This document shows, one piece after another, positions 1 through 12,000 of a DNA stretch of 42,730 nucleotides. The DNA is from Dimargaris cristalligena (lineage: Eukaryota). Below the pieces are notes generated by a model. That model ran no database searches and was not told the DNA's origin. It was given only the letters and a program-made list of their open reading frames with translations. Where the stretch lies: assembly GCA_003614675.1 (NCBI GenBank), contig ML002315.1, positions 1-42,730 on the forward strand, given 5' to 3'. How positions within the stretch are numbered: position 1 is the stretch's first letter; each line of letters begins with the position of its first letter. A program made the position numbers and the translations under genes.

Positions 1-258
1 GCTGTATAACGAATAATCCATTTGATGAGGTAAATATTACTGGTCAAAAGTTATTACCACATATTATCCCATACATATATTGTGTAAAATCTTATACAGT
101 TGGGTTGAAGTTCACCCATATCGTATCTGGATGTAATGAGGCTTGTTAGGGTTAGATTATTTAAGTGTTCCCCTTGTCTTGTTAATCCAGCTGACCAAAC
201 ACGGGATTCGAACAATGCCCAGCATAGTTGGCTTGGTACACTCACTTGCGTTGGTGAT

Positions 259-384
259 GAAATGGATGCCAACTAAGTTTACTAATATAGCGATAAGTTT
301 GGGTCAAAGCAGAATTAATAATGGTCCAAATGGCTGAAATCTGGTCCAGCTATATAAGGCCTTACATGATATACATATCGGAGA
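259..384 (+). repeat. Copy A of a diverged TATA-containing element (copy B at 42602-42730)
   Basis: 328-384 aligns without gaps to 42674-42730 at 44/57 identity by manual count, including the exact 14-mer CCAGCTATATAAGG. An upstream block GAAATGGATGCCAA (259) vs GAAATAGATACCAT (42602) sits at near-identical spacing (69 vs 72 nt). Confidence 0.7.
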
Positions 385-529
385 ATAGACGGTAGCTTCA
401 TTTTTAACCAGTAACGGCTGCCTCATCCAACGACTTTCTCTTTACACGGCCTAGCTGAACCCTCACCTCTATCCTATATTGAGTGAGCAGACTCTGATCC
501 CATTTGGTTATCCTAAACCACTCGTTGAC

Positions 530-867
530 ATGCCTTTACATCAAACTGTGTGGCTTAATGTAGCCATCTTATTTATATCTGTTGAATAGTCAGCTGCTGC
601 CCCAGCTAGTTCAGGACATACAGACGGATCTGGTTAGAAGGAGGGGGGGCGTTGTTTTTTTTTTAAAAAAAAAACGAACACAATAGAAGTCAGTGTTTTG
701 TTCAATTAATTACTGGCGATTGCTGTAAAGGAAATACCTGCGGTATCTACACGCCTTCGCCCGAATTCAAAGGCATACATAACTCATGTAAATCGTGTCA
801 ATCAGCGTTTATATTGAAACCACAGCGGACTACGCCTAATATAACTGACATGATCAAAATTAACTAG
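530..867 (+). pseudogene. Possible decayed small secreted protein gene
   Basis: ATG 530 reads MPLHQTVWLNVAILFISVE*SAAAPASSGHTDGS, a signal-peptide-like stretch with in-frame TAG at 587-589. A weak putative intron 633-730 (GTTAGA...AAG) would join it to GNTCGIYTPSPEFKGIHNSCKSCQSAF...KIN*. It lies about 180 nt downstream of the TATATAA in copy A. Speculative. Confidence 0.3.
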
Positions 868-2920
868 CATTTCCCGTGTATGTGCTCTATGTATCACTCT
901 GTTTACTGGTGTATGCATCATATGTCCTTCACTGGTGGATATTTCTTTACTGAGGCTCCTAGTTCAATTAGCCTTGTAATATGGAATCTTTGCGGCAGTG
1001 AGTGAACAGCCCCGCCGGACTGCGCTGGCCCTTCGATACTCTAATATGGCCTCCGTCCCGACTTGTAACTGTAATGAAGCTACCGGGCATTGGTTATATA
1101 CCTTAATTTTGGGGATATTTCGAGATGTATATTAATAGTTGACCATGATTCGCGTGCTTATTATAATTGTAGAATATTCTAGGGTAATAAGGATGTTTAA
1201 AGGGTCATCAAGGTTCGAATTTCAACCAACATTAATGACACGGATAGGATTTTTGAAGAAGTTATTTTGTTAGAGCCCAGTGCCGCGTAACTTACAAAAA
1301 ACCGGCACCACTGACCCCCCTTACTATAGAGACCCGCTTTCATGGACCGACAATTATACCATCAGGATAATCACGTAAGGGAACCCCGTTACCAGCGTAT
1401 TCCATTAGACTGCACTACCTGGCCGGTCTAATGTAGTATACGTGCGCTGGTGGTGGAATCAGTTTCGGCGGACTGGTGGAGCTGAAATGAAAGGCGGGCA
1501 GTCCAGTACATATGTTTGCAGCCAACTGTGAAGTGGGGAAACCTGCCTCTGCTGTGTGGGCTGAATGGTTCGGAAGGCACACCAACTAACTAACTGCCCG
1601 TGATTTGGTTTTATAGAAAAGGGGGAGGCCTCCTTATGATTATTTGCACCTTAAGCCCAGTATATGGTCACTTTTGGAAGTATCAATGACGTAAGATGGA
1701 AAACTAACAATAGAGACCCAGGTACTGTATGTAAATACTTATTACAAATTCAATATTGCTTTTTATATTATTGTGAACATTATCTCTATAATGTAGAATA
1801 TATTCCACAAAGTACATTTGTATATATGTTCAAGGGTTGGTATTTCAAATCAAATAGGGGTAAACCCATTCCAAAGTCGGCCTTGTATATCTATTATTGG
1901 GCCATTCAAAACCAGGGTACTGTGGGCAGGTATATTTTTAATGATCAAAATATCATTAATGGGGCAATGGTCGATTAGCATAGTGGTCCAACAATTTACC
2001 AATCCTACGGTCCATCCCGTAACATAATATAGGTGTATCTTAAGCGAGTTCGGCCGTAGAGTTGTAATACACGTCGCTCGGGTAGTTCTTGCGAGGCCAT
2101 TCGTAGACCCACTCCTAGTGTGAATTAGATGTCCATCGCAGTACCGTGCAAGGGCATTGAAAAGTGCATTAAAGTAGCAAGTGATGGGTAAACACCCATT
2201 GGGATTGATCTACTAAAAGTTTCTTCTCGCGGCAAATCGGAGCAAGCCACCGGATAAATAACCATTTACCATGGCTGAACGAACTACGCGGGGCCGCGCC
2301 AAAGGCATATATATTCCGAATCTATGGCGGCTGTGGTGAATGAATTGTATTCTATTGACTTATGATTATTATGTTTTGTTAATGGGAGGGGTGGTCGCCG
2401 GCTTCAGTGTCCATGCGCAGAAGCCGACGGCGGTATTCTCTGGACCCTTGATTAGATGATTCAGGGGCGAGACCCGGAGTGTGCGAGGGGAGACCAGAGG
2501 TCGAGCGGACACACAATAGACCCCGGGTAGTTTATTCCGGTAAGAGAGAGACAGAGAGTGCAGCCAGCTTGGAAAGGGTTGACAATGGGAGGGAGTTTTA
2601 TTGCAACCCCTTCGTCCTTTAGGAGATGCACCCAGGGGTATATAGCCGCGGCCGGTATTGTTTATTTAGGCGAGCCGGCGGTGGGGGACTTGTCAGGTGT
2701 ATTATTATCATAATAATCCAAGCACGGAACCTGGGACGACCTTCGTTTTAAATCAGGGTGTGTCTCTGGGGTCGCATGGCTCGGCTTTTCTACGGTTTAC
2801 GGGGAGTCCACAAGTTCTATGCTGTCTCTCTTGCTCGAAGATTGGACCACAGCGGGGAGGATCGACCCGGCCATAAGCCGACAGCGACGGCCATAGTGTG
2901 GCCATTGTTTATGTTGTGGA

Positions 2921-2952
2921 GTGTGTGTGCGTGCGTGTGTGTGTGTGTGTGT
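2921..2952 (+). repeat. Imperfect (TG)n microsatellite upstream of kinesin
   Basis: GTGTGTGTGCGTGCGTGTGT...GT read directly. Confidence 0.9.
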
Positions 2953-3396
2953 CTGTGCCTGTGTGCTACAAGTTGTGCCTAACCCCCACCACCACCAGTA
3001 ACCCGACTATTTCCACTCCCCATGGGCATTCCAAGCCAAGTGGTATTCCTTTCTTCTACTTCCATCCCGCTATTTTGATTGATTGAGAGACAAGTGCTGC
3101 TGGTAGACACTTGCCATCATCCCCTCTTCAGTGCAACAGCCGTGCTTTATTTTGTTTTGTATCTCTGTAAAGTCCGTCCGCCCAGCCCTTCTCGTCCTCT
3201 TTGTTGACTTGACTTGACTTCCTACTAAACCCTAACCAGCCGCTTCACCCAGAGCCCCCCCCCCCCACACACACACTACAGTAATACTAAAACCCTGTAG
3301 TTTTCCCGACTCCCCCCGTTCCACCCGCTGTGGGCATCGCCCCCTCCTCCCCTACCACATCCTTACCCTTGCACCCACAGCCTCATCTGAACCACC

Positions 3397-6300
3397 ATGT
3401 CAAATAATATCAAGGTCATCTGTCGGTTTCGGCCCCAGAATTCCAACGAACTCAAACATGGCGGTGTGCCCGTCATCGAAATCGACGATAACAATGAGAC
3501 CGTCAAAGTCGTCGGTTCCAGCGAGTTCAAGGGCGCGTTCACCTTTGACCGGATCTTCGGCAGCGCCACCTCCCAAGAGGAATTCTTCAACTACTCCGTC
3601 CGGTCAACCGTCGAAGGTAAGTCGTAGATACCGTTCATGTACTCCACCACCCCCTGCTGCGGGTCGGCCCAAGACCACGTCTTTCGCTTTGGCCCAGCAC
3701 TTCTGCCAATTATCCACACGGGCATTACTTAACTTAACTCCGACAAGCCCCAGCATTGATTCTAGAAAACCGAGACAATGGGTATATGCTCCGACCCCAC
3801 CCCCACCCCCACCCCCTTTTCCTGGTCCTGGCCACTAATTCCTCTTTATTCTCTCGTATACCCCCTCCCATTGCCTCATTCTTCAGATGTGTTCAACGGC
3901 TACAACGGTACCGTCTTCGCCTATGGTCAGACCGGTTCGGGTAAGACCTTCACCATGATGGGGGCCGAAACGGAGGATGGCACCCTGCGGGGGGTCATTC
4001 CCCGTATGGTCGAAACCATCTTCACCAGTATCCATGAATCACCCAATACCATCGAATACACCGTCAAAGTCTCGTACATGGAAATCTACATGGAAAGAAT
4101 TCGCGATCTGCTTAACCCCGAGAACGACAATCTTCCGATCCATGAGGAGAGGTCGCGCGGGGTCTACGTGAAAGGCCTGCGTGATGTATACGTTAGCTCC
4201 ATCCCCGAAGTCTATGAGGTGATGAAGCAGGGTAGTAGTGCCCGTATAGTGGCCTATACCAACATGAATGCCGAGAGTTCCCGGAGTCACTCCATCTTCG
4301 TCATTAACATCACCCAAAAGAACCTGAATGACGGCAAGGCCAAGGTCGGGCGACTATACCTCGTGGATTTAGCCGGTTCCGAAAAAGTCGGTAAAACCGG
4401 CGCGTCAGGTCAAGTCCTAGAGGAGGCCAAGAAGATCAATAAGTCCCTATCGGCCCTGGGTATGGTCATCAACACCCTGACGGACGGCAAATCAATCCAT
4501 GTGCCCTATCGAGACAGTAAACTAACCCGTATTCTCCAGGAATCCCTCGGAGGTAACTCGCGGACCACGCTTATTATCAATTGTTCGCCCTCGTCCTACA
4601 ATGATGCCGAAACCATCAGCACGCTTCGCTTCGGTATGCGCGCCAAATCCATCAAGAACAAGGCCAAGGTCAACCAGGACCTCAGCCCGGCCGAACTCAA
4701 GGCCTTGCTCAAATCGGCCAAGGCCCAGGAAATATCCTTCAAATCCTACATTGGTGCGCTGGAGGGCGAAGTCAAGATTTGGCGGATGGGCGGTACGGTA
4801 CCCCCCGAGCAGTACGCCACGTTGGAACGGGCGCGGGCCATTGGTGGCCGGCCGGCCCCGGCGGCCCTACCCGCACCCAGTAGCGGCGATGCTCCGTCCA
4901 CTCCGGGTCGTAGCGGTTCGCCATCGTCGACTACTTCTGCGGCCGCCCCCACATCATCACCCTCGGCCCCGACCTCGCCGGGCATTGGCGCCCGTAGCAG
5001 TCGCGCCGGCACCCCGCAAGGCATCGGCAGCATTATTTCCGACGTCCTGCGCCCCATGACCCCGGCCGTGGCCCTCGCCGACGACGAACGGGAGGAATTC
5101 CTCAAACGGGAAAACGAACTGACCGACCAACTGGCCGAGAAGGAAACCGAGATCATTGACCTCACCAAAGTCACCCAGGAAATGACCGACGAAATCCAGT
5201 ACCTGCGGGAGGAAAGTACCGCCCTGTCCATTGAGAATAAGGAAGTGGGGCAGGATCTGCAGCACATCAAGATCCAGCTGGACCGGACGAACCATGCCAA
5301 CAAAGAGGCCAACATCACCATCGAAGGCTACAAATTGTCCAACGCCGAAATCGCCCGCGAGTTGGCCGAGGCGAAACAGAAGGTGACCGAAATGTCGCTG
5401 CAGCAACTGGATACCGGGGCCGTGAATAAGCAGAAACTCAAGGAAGAGAAGATGGCAAAGATGATGTCCGAGATTGATCCCTCGGTAAGTATTTGCTGTG
5501 CAGTCGGTTCTTACTCAGATAGTATGGTACTGGGTTGATATATTTAATGCGGACTCGCTTCTTGGTATTTTCCCGGGCCTGCCCGATTGATAATCTTGAA
5601 GTAGAGTATTTGCTATCGTGGTTCCTAACATTACATTATTGGCCCCTTTCTTATATCTAATAATCTATTTGTTTAATTGGCTGACTCCAGTTCGTACTCA
5701 ACAAGGACGAACAGGAGCTGCAAGCCGCATTCCAGAATCTCAACATCGATTCCAACACCACCGGTCGCCCCACCATCGTTGCCCTCACCCAGCGCCTCAA
5801 CGAAAAGGTTAAGGAGCTGACCAAGTTCCAAACCGACAACGAGGACCTGCGCCGGGATAACGAGCAACTCAATCAGAAGTACACTGATATGCTTGCCAAA
5901 TTGAACACCTTGGAGCTTGAATACGAAGAGCTGCTCGACCGTACTATTGCTGAGGAGGAGGAACATGGTGACATTGACATTACCGAAACCATCCAGGAGC
6001 TCAAAAACCGGCTGGAGGCCCAGTACGGTTCGAAGCGCGACCAGCTGATTGACGAACTCAACGAAACCAAGGCCGACCGGGACGTCAAGGCCCACGAGAA
6101 CAGCAACCTGCGGGCCTCCGTCCTCGAACTGAAGGAAATCGGTGCGGAACTCAAGAACCAAATCGACGAACTACGGACCAGTACGGCGGAAGCGGCTGCC
6201 TCCGAGTCCGTCTCGTCCTCCACCGACCCGGCCAGCCTGGCCCAGCGCGAGCGGGATATCGAAATCCTCAAGAAGTCCATGATGAACAAGCTCAAGGAAT

Positions 6301-6902
6301 TCGACGTGATGCGCAAGGCCATGATGCGCGACCTCCAAATGCGGTGCGAAAAGATTATCGAGCTTGAGGTGGCGTTGGATGAAGCGCGGGATGAAAACAA
6401 CATGCTCCGACGCAAGAACGTCCACTCCGTACAGCAGCAGAAGACGGCTATCCTGGAGAAGAACATCGCCCAGCTCATGTCGATCCAGAAGGAACTGGTG
6501 GACCAGAACACGAACCTCAAGAAGGAGAGTGCCATGGCCGAACGGAAACTCGGCGCCCGTAACGAACGCATCGATAGTCTCGAGGCCCTCCTCCTCGATA
6601 CGCAGGAGAAAATGGCCAGTCAGCGCCAGAAGTACGAAACGCAACTCCAGATTCTCAAGGAAAAATTGGGCCAGTCCCGGAACGTCAAGGCGACCACGAC
6701 CAGTACCATGTCCGGTATTCTCAATTTCGGTCGGATAGCCAAGCCCCTGCGCGGTGGAGGCGGAAGTGCCAATGGGAGTCCTAATGTGGCCAACGGTTCG
6801 GGCGAGGTCAACGGTACCAATGGATCATCGGCGCTGTCCACAATTACCGAATCCCCGGCTACCCCCAACAAACGTACCTCGTGGCTCGGCTGGTCCCGTT
6901 AA
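3397..6902 (+). CDS. Kinesin-1 (conventional kinesin) heavy chain, ~1009 aa; exons 3397-3616, 3887-5484, 5691-6902
   Basis: NIKVICRFRP N-terminus, P-loop GQTGSGKT, switch I SSRSH, switch II DLAGSE, HVPYRDSKLTRILQESLGGN, coiled-coil stalk and tail RIAKPLRGG (IAK motif). Introns 3617-3886 (GTAAGT..CAG, phase 1) and 5485-5690 (GTAAGT..CAG, phase 0) give one continuous frame of 3030 nt. Confidence 0.96.
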
Positions 6903-7454
6903 ACATGATTTTAGCTCTAGGTGGTGACCTGAGTTATATATATTCCTATTCTCCGCATCCTCCCCTCTCCACATTTCTTTGTTTTAATCACACCTTACGT
7001 GCCTCCCCCCCTACTCTGTCGTCCCTCTCTCCCTGCCCTAGTTGGTGTATTGCTTGGATCTTGCCACTTTATTTTAACTGGGCAGTTTTGATTTATATAT
7101 TAAGTTGGAGAAATCCGGGGGTGCCTTATTTTTATCCCCCATTTATGTGGATAACCATCAAAGCCCCCCTCTTTTCCACACTCTTTTTGTCATCTCTTCT
7201 CTGCATAGTTACCTGATTTTGTTACTGCCTTCACACGCCTTTTTTGTGCCTCTCGCTTTTTTCCTTTCATCCCTCGCCTATATTATAAACATCAACAGCT
7301 TCGCATCGTATTTTTGGTTCTTCTCCTCTCTTTCCTTCCATTCATTATTTTTTGCTATTAGTGGTTTGATAATAGTTATTATTTAGTCCTTATTGCGAAT
7401 TTCAGGGGTTTCTCCTATACTATAATAATTACATACGTGACAATAAATACTTTG

Positions 7455-7478
7455 ATATATATATATATATATATATAT
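7455..7478 (+). repeat. (AT)12 microsatellite
   Basis: Read directly; lies between the convergent 3' ends of the kinesin and GRAM/VASt genes. Confidence 0.9.
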
Positions 7479-9052
7479 GTGCGCGGCTAGTTGTCTGGAA
7501 ACTGCGAATAGGCGAGTATGTCTGTATGGTTAAGCGAACGCAGAAAATTGCCGTTAGATACCCAAACCAAAAGATATTTGTGGGGGACCATCCTGGCGGA
7601 TACACTCCATCAACCTCACTTGGTAATTTCCCATTAGTTTCCGTGAGGTAAATAATGTCGCGGTCCATATGCCTCTTACTAAAATGCGTTTACGCGAAGA
7701 AGCATACAATATCCTGGAGATTTGAATTACAGACGCTTACTGCGTATGTGACCCTGGTAGCCAGACCCGTCAATTATTCAGCGCCATAGGGGGGATTTTT
7801 TGGACAAATGCATTTACCAAATGAAACAAATGGTTGGACCTAAAGTAGGTTCGGCAACAATTAAAGTTGAAAAATATAGCGATTTAATAGGGTCCGGATA
7901 TGTGTGAAGGGAAGAGCATAGATCTTTAATGAGCAGGAGAGCAGTGGGGATCAGAGTAGATATGATGATAATAATAAAATGAGGTAAGTAATAAATGTTG
8001 AGCAGTTGTAGTTTGTTTTGCAAAAAAATAAAAAAATAAAAAAGCGGGGTAAGTGTAGGTGTAAATGTTTAGGAGGTTAAGGAATACAAGGAAGTACATA
8101 TAATAGTAGCAAACCCAATAGGAATAGTATAAGGTATACGTGAAGATAGAGAGGTGGTGGTAATGCGAGAGGAGAAAATGCAACTAGGTCATGAGTGTAG
8201 CCTCAGCTGAAATTAATCACAAATTACAAAAGGCAGTACCATATGACTGCGTAAAATGTACCCAAAAAAAAAGGCGTTAGGAAACCCCAGGTTGGGGAGG
8301 AAGAGGGGGAGCAATTTGGACAAATACACTAACAAATCGCTTAGTCAATGACACGGGTTTCTGGTAAGAAGCACATTAGCAGAGACAAGAAATGATTCAT
8401 GGAATTTTTTAACCAAAATGAAATAAAATAAAGGAGCCAATCGACTTAACGTACCGGACTCGATTGGCGGTTTGGTTAGCACAAGCATTGCGTTCAAAGG
8501 GACATCCCGTTAGTAAACCAATAAAATAATTCACTGTCGAAGCGCATCCAAACTGTACCTTAAGATAAGAGAAAAAGGGATGGGTAAGTATACGAATGTT
8601 CAAAATAATAAAGTAAACAATGCGTCCAGCAAACTTGGACTGTCGATACAAATGCAATCATCTTAAATGCTGAAGGTTTAGAGGCTTAGACAGACCTGTG
8701 CCAATACTTAGTGGGCTCTACCAACAGTGTAACCAAAAGGGGGCACTTCTCCTCTCGTCCCATACATAGATATATTCCAAATGATGGCTGCTAAGAAACA
8801 AAAAAACGCAATCGGTTCGTTCGACGATCATATATGGGGTGGGTATCAGAATAAACATGGCCTATAACGAAAATACGAGTGCAAATAAATAGGGTTAGGT
8901 ATGTTATAAAGAGGTATTCCATTATCAAAAGGGATGGAAAGGCCAGGCGTTAAAATAAAAATAATAATAATAAACCGATACGCGGAATGGAACGTGCTCC
9001 TTTGCCTAAATCTTTGGTCTTTCTTTCCCTCATTTTCTCGGTTTCAGGGAGC

Positions 9053-12000
9053 TCATTGCAAAGTAGTGGGCTGGAATAACCTAATGATATCAGTCTGCTG
9101 CTGGGTCAAAGCGGCCAAATGGTTGGACAGAACCCGCAACTCCATGTACGTCAAGGCGCAGAATATAATCAGCACGGCCAGGCCTAGGCAAAGGAGTACG
9201 GTCATGATCCAGTACGAGAAGTCCGTGGCGTAGGACTGAACGCCCATGGACGGCAATTCAAGCGAGGTGGCGGACGGTTTACGGAATGCCCCCCGGCGTT
9301 GAAGATTAGAGCAAGCCGAGGTGCCGTGTCGACTCAGGGCAGAACTGCCAACTGCCGCCCGCTCACAGCCGCCTTCATCGTTGCCGGCGACCGCGGAGAC
9401 GTCGGAGGTAACTCGCTGCAGGGTAGACGACACCGATTGGGCCGACGACAGGACTTTGTTAGGGATGGCCGACTGTTTGATGGAATTTTCGATTTGGTTA
9501 GGGGTGACGATGGGTAGCCAACTGTAAAGCCAGCGGAACACGGGGTTTTCGGTCTGGTTTAACACGTTGGGGTCGGGACGGGCACTGGTATCAGCGATAA
9601 CGGACTGGGCCAGAAGGTTCTGCGAAGAGGATCCATCCAGACCTCTCGTAACCCCGTCCCGGTCGCATTCCGCCGACTTACCCTCGCCCCGACGGCGATG
9701 GCGACGCCGGCCCGAGGGTTTGCCTTCAGAGGTAGTACGGGTACGCGACCCACTTCGTCGTCGACGGGATTTGCGGGCGTCACCGGCACCCGTCTTACGC
9801 GAGTCCGCCTTGGCATCGCCGGCACCCGCACCGGCCGCCACGGCCAGGGAGGGCCGTTCGGGTGAGGAGGCAAACTGTGGATGGGACTGGAGGAACTGGT
9901 TGAGGAATTCGCCGAGTCCCCGGAAATAGACATTGTTACCCTCGATGGACCCCTTTTCCACGGGCCCCTTGATCCAGGAGGATTTGGTCCACACGACCTT
10001 GTGGGTCACGATCATGCGGGTACGGTACTGCCCGGCGTTCATCAGGCATACGCGGGCCTTGGTGTGGAAGCAGGAGCCCGAGGGCACATCGAGCGTAAAG
10101 GTGGTGATATCAATCACCACGGCTTTCGCAAAGTCCTTGAGGACGCAGGCCTCGGTAATATCGCAGGTAGCCTGTTTAGGGCCAATGGGGGCGTTAATGG
10201 GGCGGATATAGCGGAGGGTACGCAGCTCAACGGTTTGGTTGTAGATGGGACTGGTTAGGTGCGGCGGGGGACCCGAGCCCGGCTGCCAGGGCGAAATAGT
10301 GATGTCCCGGTTATTTTGCTTATCGGAGGTTAAATAGTCCATAATAAAGCGCCCGTAAAGCGGTGCTTCTTCGGGGCCCTTGACTTCACCCGGAAGTAGT
10401 TCCGGCGGTACGGCCCCATTGAACAGGAGTTTGTAAGCGACCGATAGGCAGCAGCTAAACGTCTCGTCAATGGCCTGTACATCGTAGTGCTCGTTGGCCG
10501 GGAGGCAGGGGCAACTGGACGGGGGTGCAGGGGCCAGGATCGCCGGACTAGGGGCGGCCGTGGTGGTTGCGGCCACAGTGGGCGCGGTATCCTCCCGACT
10601 GTCGGGCTGGGGATGTTCCGCCGGGGTAGGCTCGGACGGCGATTCCCGGCCCGAGGCCGGTCCAGCGGAATCCAGACCGTTGGTACTTTTATTCTTATCC
10701 TTCATCATCGCGGACAGCATGGCTGACCGGTTCGAACTGGTAATGACGGGGGTGGTATGGACATTGGCCGTGCTACTCATACCGGGCCCAATGCGTTTAC
10801 CGTAATACTTCTTGCGCTGGGCTTCCTCGGAATCAGGGGCACTGGGTTTGCGTCCGTTCGGGCGATTGACCCCGCGGGCGCTCATGGATCGGATGAGATC
10901 CGGTGGTTGGGGACTGGCGTTAGTGCTCGGGGAACCATTGGTGGTCGTGGCTTTACCCAAGATATTCTCCGATTTGTTGGCATTCTTAAAAATTCCGCTG
11001 GAATTCGCGGCGTCGGGGAAAGACTGGGATTCCTTCTTGGCAACCGCTGTCATGGGGGTCTCATCAGCACCTGAGACGAAACTTTGGACCGTTTTGGCCA
11101 ACTTTCGGGCGGTGGTGGTGGCCGTTTGGGTTAAATTACTAGCGGATGCCCCGCCTGCAGCTGGATCGGGCGAAACCACTGGGGTTTCCTCAGTTTGGCC
11201 CGCCTGTTTCAGCGTGGCGGTACTCTCGGTGCCGCTAACAACATCGTCGTTTTCATCGGTGTACTCGTCACTAGACCCGGAATAGCTCTCGGTGTAACTA
11301 CTGCCATCCGACCATTCCGAGTCATAGCTGGAGTAACTGTCCCCGTCCGTCGAGTGATCGGTTGATTCAACGGAGCGACGACGGCGGCGTTCCCGGTGAC
11401 GCCGAGAAACGGCACCATCCCCGTCATCCGATTGATCGATCCCGGCCTCGGTACCGTCCTCGATGGCCTGATCACCTGTCAGCGCCAGACTGGTGATTGA
11501 ATTAGTCGCTGGACCGCCCTCTCCCGGTACTTTCAGCCCCGGGTGGTGTTTCTTCCAAAGGTCTACCAACTGGGAATATGCGGCGTCTCGGTAGATAAAT
11601 GAGCCAAAGAAGTACTTGACATGTAAAGTGGCGATTTGGATGGCGTTGGGGATAATGAGGGCCGTCATGCGTTTTTCAATCGACACAATTTCGGAGAACT
11701 GGACCACCAAATGGGTCACCCAGCCAAAAATATTGGCGTGGAAACAGACGAAGGAATCGGTAATGTAAAGGCGTCCCTGCACGAGAATATCGCGCTGCAG
11801 GGCACAGCCATAGTCGTCATTGAGTAGCTCACTGATGGGAATTTCCTTGAAAAGCATGTGGAAATCGGCGTTCCGCTTCAGAAAAATGGCACTAAGGCCG
11901 GCATTGTTATCGCCGGAATACGAGGTGGCGCTGATGGCGACCGGGGGAGTAGGCAGATCCTGGGAGGTTCGGGAGTTGTTATCGTTGGTGACTGACGAGC

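Noticed and set aside
1212-1223. GGTTCGAATTTC, resembling a tRNA B-box (similar GAGTTCGATAC near 30250)
   Set aside because: No acceptor stem, D-arm or anticodon arm can be drawn around either site.
1297-1323. AAAAACCGGCA...CCCCCTTA resembles 25720-25748 upstream of the I9 gene's TATA box
   Set aside because: Only 11 nt match exactly and the extension needs gaps; this is expected by chance in this much non-coding DNA.
1664-2027. Overlapping short ORFs in the AT-rich region upstream of kinesin
   Set aside because: No recognisable motif and no GC3 bias like that of the real genes.
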